Shown: positions 41,303-53,822 of the stretch, piece by piece
Layout: the number at the start of each line of letters is the position of its first letter
How positions within the stretch are numbered: the stretch's first letter is position 1
Assembly: GCA_951406725.2 (NCBI GenBank)
Contig: OX597830.1
Location: 19,406,001-19,470,000 of the forward strand
Direction: 5' to 3'
Source of the DNA: Octopus vulgaris
Lineage: Eukaryota
Length of the DNA: 64,000 nucleotides
Made by a program: the position numbers and the translations under genes
The notes under the pieces: generated by a model
Databases searched by the model: none
The model's input: the letters and a program-made list of their open reading frames with translations, nothing else
What the model was told of the DNA's origin: nothing

Positions 41303-41560
41303 GTTTAAGCAACCTTGTAATATTTTTTACATTGTCTTTTCAATTTTCAGAATTATTTAATAGTTTGTTCAACTTCTTCTTGGTTGCTTCTGACTAGTTC
41401 TGAACTACAACAGGCATAGGCAACCTTTTATGAGAAGCAGGCTGCATGAAACATGATTTGTCATCAGGTGGGTCGCACTACTGAAAATAAAAGTAATTTT
41501 CTTTGGCGTGCTATTCGGAAAGACCCGCGGATCGGAGGTTGTCCAATGACTGATCTAGAA

Positions 41561-41889
41561 CAATACTACTCAAAGTGGTGGTCGCGGACCGGTACCAGCC
41601 CGCGAGCCATTAGCTGCTGGTACACGGCGAGTTTCCAGAAAAGAAAGAAACATCACAAAATGCTTATATAATATTTATTTATTTACTCTTTTACTTGTTT
41701 CAGTCATTTGACTGCGGCCATGCTGGAGCACCGCCTTTAGTCGAGCAAATCGACCCCAGGACTTATTCTTTGTAAGCCCAGTACTTATTCTATCGGTCTA
41801 ATTTGCCGACCCGCTAAAATTACGGGGACGTAACACAACAGCATCGGTTGTCAAGCGATGTTGGGGGGACTAACATAGACACACATAAG

Positions 41890-41924
<35 letters not shown>

Positions 41925-42211
41925 GTATACGACGGGCATCTTTCAGTTTCCCTCTACCATATCCACTCACAAGGCATTGGTCGGCCCGAGGCTATAGTAG
42001 AAGACACTTGCCCAAGGTGCCACACAGTGGGACTGAACCCGGAGCCACAAAATAAATATAAGATTAAAAAAATGGTCAACTCTTATTATATTCATTATAT
42101 GTATTGTTTCCGGTATAAATTAATATTACTAAGAAATATCACTGGTCCCTGGCACATTGGATGAAAAACACCCTGGTGGTATGCCCCATCAGATAGTTTG
42201 AGAAGCCTTTG
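41561..42211. mobile_element. hAT (Charlie-like) MITE interrupted by a SINE
   Basis: Ends caatactactcaaagt / agtttgagaagcctttg with tctaga-containing flanks; SINE nested at 41681-42043. Confidence 0.5.
41681..42043 (-). mobile_element. SINE family 1, young copy, 5'-truncated
   Basis: CpG-rich, close match to the other copies. Confidence 0.88.
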
Positions 42212-42602
42212 TCTAGAGGATACTCATTGTTGATATGTATGACATAATGCAACAATGCATGGAATAACGTGGTCAGTTGTTACACCGTTGTGATGTTGCA
42301 GACTATAGATATGCGATGTGAAGTAAGGATGCCCAATATTCTAAAAGAAAGACAGAGAATGGGGCAGTCAAGGAAAGTATTCTAAGATGTCTCGTTAACA
42401 TTCACTTGTTAATAGTAAAAATTTCGTTTAAATATAAATATTTTTTAAAGAAAGAGTGGTCTTAGGTAGATTAATATCAAAAGGATTTAGTAGCAGCCTC
42501 CCTAAATTCATTCACCTATTTCAAATTCTAGATCCTAAGTCTGAAAGAACATGCAAATTAGCTAGACCAGCCTTGTTACTGCTTCCTTCCTCAATATCTG
42601 AA

Positions 42603-42644
<42 letters not shown>

Positions 42645-42732
42645 GGTCAAGTTTTAGCCAGGCCCATTGATCCACAAACTCAGGAAACAAACAAAAGTTT
42701 CATTTCCTTGTAATCCATTTTCTCTATTTTAG

Positions 42733-42834
42733 GAGCTGGCATCTTCATTTCGCCGAAGGGCGTTCTTGAAGCGAGCAAGTCTGTTGGATTGACCATGATT
42801 GTATGGCTTGGATGTGGTGTCATTGTCATGCTCT
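42733..42834 (+). CDS. SLC7A9: SLC7A9-like transporter gene B, coding exon 2 (102 nt)
   Basis: attttag acceptor, gtgagt donor; (G)[33 protein letters not shown], the SLC7 TM1 signature G(S/A)GIF.SPK.VL. Not in the ORF track. Confidence 0.93.
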
Positions 42835-43505
42835 GTGAGTACTTGCTTTATTCTCTTTTCTTTGTTCCGTTTTTCTCTCGTTCTCTCTCTTTCAATCTCT
42901 CTCTCTCACTCATTCTTACTCTTTAATCTATTTCCAGCATTCTAAATTCTTCAGTAATACACAATTTTATCATAGTGTGTGTGTTAACTAATGTACTGAG
43001 AAAATAGGCGAGTGAGAAATGGCTTTAAATGTTTACACCTAATAAACTTAGATCTAGCAACACTCTTTTTTTTTTGCCTTTTCTACCTGGGTAGTTGGGT
43101 ATTAAAAGCTGCAGAGAACTGCTGCAATCAAACACTTGTCTGACGATGCTGAAAAGAGCTCAATGTAGATATAGGCGAAGAAACATGACCAGTAGACCTA
43201 GTTATGGATTCCATTGGTTATTTACGGGAATATAAGAAAAGAACTGGGTCCTTCTTCGCTCAGAATGGCCTAGTGGGCTGAAGCTCAGACCTGGGAACAC
43301 GGGTTCACAAAAAGAACGACCCAGGTTCAAATCCCGCTTGAGACAAGATTTTGGAAAGTTGTAGGAGGAAACCTAGGAGTCGTAAAGTGGGTGGGCCCGG
43401 CTCCCGTAGAGTGTCATGTATAAGGGCTGGAACGCTTGTTGGGTGGGAGTTCTTCCTCTAAACATCTCTCTAGCTTTATGTTCGCCCTGCGGCGAGTTTC
43501 TGTTT

Positions 43506-43588
43506 CTATTTTATGGACTCAACCATGTTCTAAAATAAGTCGAAAGGTAAGCTACTATAAATCGGCACCAACTTTCCGGACAACCCAA
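43506..43588 (-). mobile_element. Solo mariner end, same family as 1381-1934
   Basis: Near-identical to 1865-1934 and keeps the full TIR aaatcggcaccaactttccggacaacccaa-TA. Confidence 0.8.
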
Positions 43589-44614
43589 TACATTGAGATC
43601 TCTACTAGGTTATTAATCTCACAATGCACAAATATATATTGTATCTCACAATACATTATATATATGTGTATATATGCCTCTATTTATTATTTTTTTACTA
43701 GCTTTTCACGTCTTTTCTCAAGATTGTGTAGGTGAGATCTTTTATCTATTTTCTTGTTTCAGTCATTGGACTGTGACCATGCTGGGGCACCACCTTGAAA
43801 TGTTTTTTTTTAGTTGAACACACTACCCTCAGTACTTATGTTTTTTGTTATTTTTTTTTTTAAATTCTTGTAATTATTCTATCAGTTTCTTTTGTGAACT
43901 GCTAAATGATGATCTTCAATATACCAGCAGCAGTTGTTGAGCAATGGGTTGAAAGGTTGGTGACAAACAGACAGAAAAATAAACACTCTTACATAATGGG
44001 CTGCCACACAGTTTCCATCTACCAAATTTACTTACAAAATATTGATTGGCCTGGGGTTTTAGGAAAAGACACTTGATCATCATTTTAGCATTTGAACGAT
44101 GCCACCCCACTGGTTAGGAGAGCAGACCGACATTGCATTTGATCAGAAGACTAATTCATCACGGGGTTAACAATTCACAGCTGAGTGAACTGGAGCAATG
44201 TGAAATGAAGTGTTGTGCTCAAGAACACAATATGCAGAGTTGGTCTGACAAGTGAAGTCAAGAACTCAAAATCATGGGTCAACATCCTTTACCACTAAAT
44301 CACATACCTTCATGTACGTATTTCACCTTTTAAAATTTCTTAATATGCTTCTCATAGTCAACCACTCAGTTGTAAAATCGACAATATAAGCCATTTTAAA
44401 TTAGCTTGGGTAGGCAAACAGGATCAAATTAAATAAGATGTGCTTTGTTATTCTTACTTCTTTGTGGGTCAGAACGACATACAAGATTACTCAGCATTTA
44501 CGAAGTTGTATACTGTTGCGTACAATAGTAATACAGGCCATTACTGTTGCATACAATGGTAATGTGGTGGTAACATGGCTGAAAATATAAACAGGCTTGT
44601 TTCCATAGATGCAA

Positions 44615-44985
44615 GCATGGCTGTATGGGTAAGAAATACACTTTGTAACCACATGGTTTTGGGTTCCGTCCCACTGCACGACACTTTGGCCAAGTGTCTT
44701 TTACTGTAGCCCCAGGCTGACCAATGTCTTTGGGTTAGAAAATGTCTGTGAATTTGGTAGATGGAAACTGTTTGGAAGTCTGCGATATAAATATGTGTGT
44801 GTGATTTTTCCATCACTGCTTGACAACCAGTGTTGGTTTATTTATGTCTCTGGGAAACAAGCAGTTTTCAAAAGAGACCAATAGAATCAGTACCAGACTT
44901 AAAAACGATAAGTACTGGGGTTAGTTTGTTTGGCTAAATTCTTTCAGTCAGTGGCTCAGAATGACTGCAGTCCAATGACTTAAGA
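44615..44985 (+). mobile_element. SINE family 1, diverged
   Basis: Recognisable head and tail; a minus-strand diverged copy lies at about 43745-44075. Confidence 0.7.
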
Positions 44986-46574
44986 TAAATGCTAATCTCA
45001 AAGTCCTGGGTTCTATCCAACTGAGGGGCACCATGGGCAAGTGTCATTTATCATGACATTGAGTGACGCCAGATTTTGTGAATAAAAAATATGAAGACAG
45101 AAACTGTGTGAAAAGTTTTGGGGATGATTGTTACTTGTGATTTAATCCTTTGGTCTTCGGATTCCTCTGTCAGATGTAATGCTTATTTATTCCCATTGCC
45201 GAAACAGACCATGGAACCTGGTGTGGCACCTGGCCTTGTCAGCTCCTGTCAAAATGTCCAATCCATTTCAGCATGGAAAACAGATAATGATGATTATGTT
45301 GATATTTTATTATTTAATTAATTATGCATTGTCGTGTAATTTTGAGATTTTGATTACGTGATTCGTTATTTTTAGAATGACATTGTAGGGTAGGTGTGAG
45401 AGGCTGGATCTGGTCAATTTGAACAGAAAACAGGTAGAATATTTGAGCTGGATTTGGATGGTTTCAATGCCAAAAGGATTAAAAATCTTCCCTTGTCTTA
45501 CACCATGTCGTGCTCACTCTGTCCAAAGATTATTTTAACGTACACAAGTCTCTGTGGAATACTCAGTCACTCAAATGCTAATTCAATGAGCAAGTAGTTT
45601 AATTGAATAAATGGACAGAGAGTCATTATTGAAGATATCATTGTTGGCATCCTTTTGTCTCGGGAGACAATGGAGTTGCACATAAACTAATCCAATCTGG
45701 TTTTTACATTTCATGTCCTCTCCAGTTTCCTCTCCAGTCATGCGCAGGCCTGGGCTAGATGTAAGAAAATCCTGGGTAGCCCAATCGACAGGATTCCTCT
45801 CTTGACCTTGCTGATGTAGTCCAAAGGTGTGCAGAGCAGTGCGTTTGGCACCAGCTTGGTTGCAAGACCTGCCGGAAGAGTGTCGAGCCAAACACTAAAC
45901 CACCAACGGTGCTCCACTCCGGATTTCTTTTAAGGTTGTCTCCTTTCCATAACCCTGGATAGGATCCCGTACTGAATACTGTCAGCTGGAGCCAGCTGAG
46001 CCCGGGACTCATGTCAGGCAGGGTCGTCACTCCATGAAGTAGTGAAGAAAATCGCTACCCACTACCTACCCAGATATTGTAAATATCCATTAATTTAGCA
46101 TTTCCATATATGGGCATTTTTGCATGTGCGTATGCACATGTGTCTGTGTATACTTGTGTGTGCGTGTGCTTTATAATGTTTACACTCTTGTTTGGGTGGG
46201 ATATTCATATCTTTTACAAAGTGTTTCAATATTCTTTGCCAACCACTCAGCTATGAAACATTGACCCAAATTATTCTAAATTCCTCTTAGTCAAGGCACA
46301 TAATCTGGATCAAACTAGATAAGGTGTCATTATGTTATGTCAGTTTAACATACTCATGCACATTATTGTCATAAATATGTTATAGTAATTCTTTATTATA
46401 AATCTGGCAGCTGGGTGAAAACTGTGCTCTGCTGAAAAGGTCTAATAAGAACAAAATATGTTCAGTAATGTTACCATGTGTGCCAAAGACCAGAATAATG
46501 ACTCCCCCATCCCGCTATATTCCTATTCTTCCTTAAATGAGATTTTAATGTTGGTTTAAAAGCACATCCGAGGA

Positions 46575-46985
46575 TGATCATTGCCAGGGCCATGGATTGG
46601 CTCTCGTGCCAGTGGCATGTGACAAGCACCATTTGAGCATGATCATTGCCAGAGTCGCCCTACCGGCACATGTGCCGGTAGCATGTGAAAAACAACATTC
46701 GAGCGTTGTTGTTGCGAGAGTTGCCGGACTGGCTCCCATGCAGGTAACACGTAAAAAACATCTTTTGAGCATGGTCGTTGCCAGAACCACCTGACTGGCC
46801 CTCATGCTGGTGTCACGTAAAAGCACCCACTACACTCTCGGAGTGGTTGGTGTTAGAAAGGGCATCCAGCTGTAGAAACTTTGCCAGATCAGACTGAGCC
46901 TGGTGTAGCATTCTGGCTCACCAGTCCTCAGTCAAACCGTCCATCCCATGCCAGCATGGAAAGCGGACGTTAAACGATGATGATG
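46575..46985 (+). mobile_element. RTE 3' UTR fragment with four roughly 66-bp tandem units
   Basis: Repeated gatcattgccag..gtgcc.gtggca.gt.aaa.gcacc units, then the RTE tail. Confidence 0.8.
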
Positions 46986-47447
46986 TGCATTTTGACTGTT
47001 TGAAATTCAGAGTTATCTCCCTTGTAAACAGACTAACCTGTCTGTCCAATGTTTATTTCTCCACATTATAGGTAGTCTCTTCCTCAATCAATGCTTTCTG
47101 GTTTGGTATATTGTGTTAGTGCTCACTTTTCTAAATGAGATGTAATCATGTCTTGAGCTTGGGAACGCAGCGCAGTGGTCTGTAATAATAATTTATGACA
47201 TATATAGATGTGAGCTTGGCTGCATGGTTAAGAAGCTTGTTTCCCAACCATGAGGTCTCAGGTCCCACTGTGAGCAAGTTTCGCCTAGAATAGCCTTGGG
47301 CTGCAAAGACTTGTGAATGGATTTGATAGGGGAGAAACTGGAAAAAATGCATTATATGTAAACATATATATATATATATATATATATATCTATATATATA
47401 TATATATATATATGTTTACTATGTTTACATATAATGCATATATATAT

Positions 47448-47895
47448 GGTACAGGTGCCAGGGGAGGGTGACAGTGGCCACGATCGGTTAATGCTTTTAC
47501 GTGCCACCGGCATGGAAGCCAGTCAAGGCGGCGCTGGCATCAGCCACATTCGGATGGTGCTTTTTACATGCCACCGGCACGGGTATCACAACTGCAATTT
47601 CCATTTGATTTTTATTTTGATGTTGATGTACTTGACTCAATAGGTCCCCTCAAGCACAGCATGCCACCCTACGATCCAAGGTAAGCACAGCAGGCCGTTC
47701 TGCAATCCAAGGTACTTTGGATGGGCTGGGGCTGCTATGTGAAACTGGTGCAGGAAACAGCCATGAACTCACGTTATTTGTTGGGTCTTCGCAGTCACAG
47801 CATGTCTCTAAAAATCTCGGTTTATCATCATTGCCTCTGTGAGGCCCAATGTTCGAAGGTCATGCTTGACCATCTCATCCCATGTCTTCCTGAGT
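47448..47895 (-). mobile_element. RTE 3' end fragment
   Basis: Reverse complement of the 2686-2900 sequence, extending into the ORF end. Confidence 0.75.
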
Positions 47896-48590
47896 CTGGA
47901 ATAAAATAACTATTGGCTTACTTTAACTTAGTTCCTTCTGAAATTATATTTTTTATTTATAGTTTGTTATCTATTTATCTAAGAAATAATATATTTTGTA
48001 ATTATCGTGGGTCTATGCTTTTGTTTATTTGATTTATGGGGGTATTTCCTTTGATAAACTAAGTAAATTTGCATTATTTACTTGTTAGTTATTTAGATTA
48101 ATGTTTATATTAGTACGAATGAATAAATAAGAGTAATTATTGTATATTATCATTATATATAATTATATATCTTTTTGAAGAATTATACATATATGAACAT
48201 TTATTGTAGTACTTATAATATTTAGTAGATATAGTAATATTATGTTCTTTAGAACTTCTATATGCATATAAAATTAGAGGATGAAAATATTGGATTAACT
48301 TAATTTATTTCCTCCTGTAAAACTATGTAAAATTCAGATAATTTATTTATTTATATATTATTATCATTATTATGTAAGAAATGATATGGTTTTATAATAA
48401 TTGTAACTTTATACATTTGATTAACATTGGTGTATTAGGTACTAAAATTTTGAGTGAATGAAATTTTTTATTGAATTTAGTGTCTGAATTAATTATATCC
48501 TTATTTATTTATCTTTTTCCATCATAATATATCGTAATTTTAAATAAGATATATTTCCTAGGCCACCATATATTTTCAATGAATTATATG

Positions 48591-48929
48591 CTTGCACTAT
48601 GACCCGGCAATGCCGGGTCATACTGCTAGTGCATGCATATACAGCTGCGTGCGTGCGTGCGCACATACACGCGAGTACTGTCCAAATCTCCGACCAATCA
48701 CATACAGCTAGCTGGCATTCAATAGGCGTATCAAGTTTCGGGCATTTTGATTGGGTTTTGGATAGAAAATTCACAAAAAGGTCACTTCTATTGATTTTTT
48801 AATGGCTTCGTGGGGTGACTAAGGAAATGTAAAGAATGACCATAGAAAGTGCGAGCCCTCTAACTGAAAAATTGTGGATTTGTATAAAGGACATGCACAC
48901 AGACATTTTGCCATTTATATAGAGAGAGA
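48591..48929 (-). mobile_element. Non-autonomous Helitron-like element
   Basis: Minus-strand 5' end tctctctctatataaatggcaaaatgtctgt; terminal hairpin gacccggc-aat-gccgggtc beside CTAG-like ends. Confidence 0.65.
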
Positions 48930-49299
48930 TTATATAGGTATAGAAATTATATAATAAAATAACCAGTGATTATTTTTGATTAAAATATCTTTTGATTATT
49001 ATTATTATTGTAGATCCATAAGAACGTTTTATGACTGTTGTAAATTTTCTTTACTTAAATATTTTATCAATTTGAATTTTGCTGTTGTTTTTATTGTATT
49101 TATTATATATTTGAATTATTAACGTTCACGCTTCCAAACACAGGTATGTTTTGAATCAGCCAATTTTGTAATTTAGCTGTCCTTACATGGAATTTTTGTC
49201 TGTTTTTTGAACAAATGCTCTGAGGAGACTTATACACATAGATGTGAATTTTTAATAAATTCACTAGTGTATATGAGTTGAAACAAATTGTTGGCTTTA

Positions 49300-51520
49300 T
49301 AATAATTTCATCTATAGCCCTTATTACATCGCCTTCCTTTATATTGATGTAATCAATCATCGTTGCCTCTGATTTTATATCTGCAGTGGTAAAGAAGTCA
49401 GTTGGATTGCTGACTTGAAAATGCCCTAGGGGTGGAGTGAAAATACTTTTGAATTGCTCATTTAGTATTTCACTTATCCTCATTGGATTTCCTGTGAGTG
49501 TACCATCTTTTTGAAGGAGTGGCCCTATCCTACAGTGCACCGGAGCTGTTTCTTTGGCAAACTTGTAGAAAACTCTGGGGTTAGATTTTATGTTGTCTAT
49601 AGCCCAGGCTTCTTTGTCTGCTCTTTCTTTTTCATGGGAGAGTTGCAAACATTTTTCAATTTCCAGCAGTTTTATTTTCAGGCGGGAATTTTCACTGCTT
49701 TCAATTTGTTTGTTTAGGCGATTAGAAACTTTTGTACGCCGCCTCATAAGAATTTTCCTCTCTCTGGGGATTTTATTCTTGCGTACAGTGGCCTTTCTCT
49801 CTGGGACACATTTGTAGCATATGGCTTGCATTACAGACATGAATTGTTGAAGTTTCATGTCGATGTCTGGTGAGGAGAGACATTTAGGCCAGTTTTGTTT
49901 GAGGATCTCTTTCTCAAATTGTTTCCAGTTTGCCTTATGGAAGTTCAAGCTGGAAAAATTCTGAAAGTTTCTTGTAGACTGCATGTCCATGCTTTCCTTT
50001 GGCCCGTACATGGTCAACTCTATCATGCTGTGATCCGAGAGTAGTGTCGGTGTCACTTTCACATTATGGATGAGATCCATATTATTTGTGAAGCAGAGAT
50101 CCAGTATGTTACCTACCCTGGTTGGTTGGAGTATTATTTGCTCCATGTACAGAGTGTTGATGAGGTTCAGGGGGGACCTCGCCTGTCCTCGTTCGCATCG
50201 TGTCATTCCTGGGAGAGAAAGGCCCTCGGGCCATCTGACATTGGGTAGATTGAAGTCTCTCATAAGAAGTACACTTAAGTGTTGTTCTAATGTGACTAGA
50301 ACTTCTATTTTCGTAAGGCAGTCTTCAAATTTGCCTATATGACTTGGAGCATCTGGAGGGTGATATGTAGCACATATAACTACACCGAATTGCCTTATAT
50401 GTACAATCAGTGTGTCACACACCGAATTTGAGTATGGCAAGAGGACCTGGGTGTGAGGTCCTCGCGGATGTACATAGCAACTCCACCATGACTCCTTTCT
50501 TTTCTGTCGGTCCGTAATACAACATACTGTGGTATATGTATTTCCGCATCTGCTATATCCGGTTTCAGGTGTGTTTCCGTAAGTGCTATGCATAAGGCTT
50601 GATTACATGCAACAAGGTCTCTCAGTCCTCTGATGTTCAGTAGGAGCATCAAGGTGATGTGGGTGTTGTTGCCAGTGGTGTCCACCTTGGGTTTATTTGC
50701 TGTGGTGGTCTTGTGTATTGTGGATAGTCCCATCTGTGAGTTTGAGTTTGATGGAGCCAGGTTAGCTGCTGTACAATCTTTTGTGCCAAGCACAAAAAAG
50801 ATTCTTGTTCAGCAGCTGCCCTTTCAATAACATGTTGATGGTTTGTAACACGCACTACATCTGCGTACCTCCGTTTTGGAGCAGGTGTGCGTAGTCCTTT
50901 CCTTTTCCTTTTGACAGGTGGTTTCCGCCCTGTTTCATGTTTATGTGGCGGGGTCTTTGGTGTGCAAAACGGCAGCCTGCACCTTCCTCTCCATGCCAGC
51001 AGACACCTTTCAGGTAGAATTTACACATTCGTGTGTGCTGTTTCTTTCTATCCTATTTGGTATATGGATAGTCAGGTTCGCTTCTTTCCTTGGCTGTTTC
51101 ATCTTTTGTTTTTCTTTTAGTTTTTCCTTCTTTTACTTCTTTTTTGGCTCTTTCATCTCCGTGGTTTTGCCTTTTGATGCTGGTAGGGGCACTTGCTCTT
51201 GGGTTTACTTCCCGGGCAGGTTTCTCACTTGAATCTTCTTTGTTGTCCCGGGTGTCTACCAAGTCGGGGTGACATCTTTCATCTGCATCCGTGCCTCCAT
51301 CCTTGTCGTCTTTGCTTTGTTCGTTGTCAAAGATGGCATCAAGTGTGCTGATATGGGATCTTATGAGTGCATAGGAGCGTATAAACTCCTGCTTCTTTCG
51401 CTCTATCTGTGCTAACGTCCTTGTGTAACCATTGCTCTTCAGCGCAGCTGTAATTATGGTGTTTGGGTTATCTCCATCAGCACAGTACCAGGCTCTCTAA
51501 AACAATGCCAATTCCATACT
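49300..51520 (-). mobile_element. CR1/L2-group LINE, 5' half (ORF1 remnant and AP endonuclease), broken before RT
   Basis: LNIRGL..IALTETHL..RTDR..GGVAMYI..YHPP..DFNLP..PTRVGNILDLCFTN..SDH..NFHKANW. Confidence 0.9.
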
Positions 51521-51589
51521 CCTCCAGGTTCTGGACATTTTTTGGATATTTTATTTATTTATCTATCTAATTATATTTAAAATTTAACA

Positions 51590-52539
51590 GTGTGATAGAG
51601 GGTAGAGAAGAAATAGAGAAAGAAAGTGTCTATATATTTAGAGAGACTGAGCGGCTGAGAGAAGATAAGAAGAGAGTAAGAGAAAGTGAGAGGAGAATGT
51701 TCGGGTCTATATATTTAGGAAGATTGAGATGCTGAGAGGGGAAAGATGGTGTGACAGAGAGAAGTGAAGAGACAGAGAGAGAAAGAGATGAAAGAGAGGA
51801 AGTTATGCAAAAGATTGAGCGGCTGAGAGAAGCAAGATGGTGTGATAGAGAAAGAGATGAAAGAGAGGAAGTTATGCAAAAGATTGAGCGGCTGAGAGGA
51901 GATGAGAAGAAAGTGAGAGAGATTGAGAGGAGAGTGTTCACGTGTATATATTTAGGAAGATTGAGAGGCTGAGAGAAGAAAGATGGTGTGATAAAGAAAG
52001 AGATGAAAGAGAGGAAGTTATGCAAAAGATTGAGCGGCTGAGAGGAGATAAGAAGAAAGTGAGAGAGAGTGAGAGGAGAGTGTTCACGTCTATATATTTA
52101 GGAAGATTGAGAGGCTGAGAGAAGAAAGATGGTGTGATAGAGAAAGAGATGAAAGAGAGGAAGTTATGCAAAAGATTGTGCGGCTGAGAGAAGATAAGAA
52201 GAAAGTGAGAGAGAGTGAGAGGAGAATGTTCTCGTCTATATATTTAGGAAGATTGAGAGGCTGAGAGAAGGAAGATGGTGTGATAGAGAGGAGGGATGAG
52301 ACAGAGAGAGAAAGAAAAGAAAAGCATGAAGTTATGCAAAGGATTCTACCTGGATAGTAGAATATATAAATAAAGTAACAAATAAATACATATGAATAAA
52401 GTAACAAATAAATATATATCTATCTGTAACTACAAAAGTTTTCTTCTAAACTAATTACGACTATATTTCTAATGTTCGCGTCTATATATTTAGGAAGATT
52501 GAGAGGCTGAGAGGAGAAAGATGGTGTGACAGAGCGAGG

Positions 52540-52590
<51 letters not shown>

Positions 52591-52740
52591 TAATGAAAGA
52601 GAAGAAGCGATTCAAAAGATTCTACTTGGATATAGTGAGAAATTGATAAAAGCGAAGTGGGTGAAAGTGAAGAGACAGAGAGAGAGAAAGTAATGAAAGA
52701 GAAGAAGTTATGCAAAAGATTCTACTTGGATAGTACAATA
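51590..52740. repeat. GA-rich satellite, unit about 144 bp with partial copies
   Basis: tatatatttaggaagattgaga..gaagttatgcaaaagatt recurring at about 51708, 51946, 52091, 52236, 52483. Confidence 0.88.
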
Positions 52741-52927
52741 TATAAATAAAGTAACAAATAAGTAAATATATAAATAAAGTAACAAATAAATATATACCTA
52801 TCTAAAATTGAATAATTTTAAAAGTATATATTGTATGTATATATTTTATTAATATATATATTTTATATATTTTATCTGATTCACTAATGATATTTCTACC
52901 TTGTAAATAATAATAATAATAATAATG

Positions 52928-52963
<36 letters not shown>

Positions 52964-53023
52964 TTAATAATAATAATAATAATAATAATAGTAATTTTAT
53001 AACTATTGTGTCTTCTTTTACAG

Positions 53024-53266
53024 CTTCCTTATCATATGTAGAATTGGGAACCTTTATTACTAAGTCTGGCGGAGAATTTGCATATATCTTAAACGGTCTT
53101 CCAGCAGTGTTTGCATTCTTGTGCAGTTGGTGTACGGTTTTAATCACGCGACCGTCAGCATTCGCTGTGAGCAGCCTGGTTTTTGCTGAATATGTAGCTT
53201 CTCCCATCTTCGATTCATGTGGACCACCAGTTGTCTTTGTGAAATGTTTGGCTGCAGCAGCAATCA
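53024..53266 (+). CDS. SLC7A9: SLC7A9-like transporter gene B, coding exon 3 (243 nt)
   Basis: tttacag acceptor, gtaagt donor; SLSYVELGTFITKSGGEFAYI...FDSCGPPVVFVKCLAAAAI, with ELGT..KSGG and the extracellular Cys that links to the SLC3 heavy chain. Confidence 0.95.
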
Positions 53267-53409
53267 GTAAGTTCATTGACGTATGACAACAGGCTTGCAC
53301 GCATACATACATACATACATACATACATACATACATACATACATACATACACACAAGTGTATGTATGTATGTATGTATGTATGTACGTATGTATGTATGT
53401 ATGTATGTA

Positions 53410-53455
<46 letters not shown>

Positions 53456-53456
<1 letters not shown>

Positions 53457-53775
53457 AAATGTAATATGTGACAATTATTCGGTAGCCATGATAAAACTCT
53501 GAGTTTCGGATGTTGGGGCAGATACCCACGCTGCCATCTCTTCAGTTATCCGGCCATAGGAAAGAATTCTATGAAAATGACTGTTAAACAAAGGCATATT
53601 ACAGTGTGATTGATCATTATTAAGACAAAAGAGCTATTAGAATGACGTCTTAATAACAGTCAATCACACAGTAATTTCCCTTTGTTTAACGGTCATTTTC
53701 ATAGCATTCTTTCCGATGACAAAATAACTGAAGAGATGGCAGCATGGGTTCCTGCCCGACATCCAAAACTCGGAG

Positions 53776-53779
<4 letters not shown>
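53456..53779. mobile_element. Fold-back PLE terminal repeat pair, same family as 35576-37133, no ORF
   Basis: About 53492-53629 inverted at 53648-53778; microsatellites on both sides. Confidence 0.8.
53490..53550 (-). ncRNA. Minimal type I hammerhead ribozyme, intact core
   Basis: Minus strand: GAUAA-CUGAAGA-GAUG...CAUC-C-GAAAC-UCAGA-GUU-UUAUC; perfect stem I. Confidence 0.75.

Positions 53780-53780
<1 letters not shown>
53724..53780 (+). ncRNA. Hammerhead motif, mutated (G12>A) and 3' truncated
   Basis: ataa-CTGAAGA-gatg...catc-c-aAAAC-TCGGA-GTT-tca; inverted partner of 53490-53550. Confidence 0.6.

Positions 53781-53822
<42 letters not shown>

Noticed and set aside
43136-43198. CTGACGA...GAAAC...GTA hammerhead-like motif
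   Set aside because: Stem I does not pair and stem II is marginal
43256-43345. tRNA gene candidate (A box tggcctagtgg, B box ggttcaaatcc)
   Set aside because: No convincing cloverleaf or acceptor stem; more likely a tRNA-derived SINE head
46575-46830. Repeat-spacer pattern resembling a CRISPR array
   Set aside because: Eukaryotic context, degenerate units, no cas genes; it is the RTE 3' UTR tandem module
49103-50593. Longest ORF (496 aa) as a host gene
   Set aside because: It is the endonuclease/linker region of a broken LINE ORF2 running into unrelated flank
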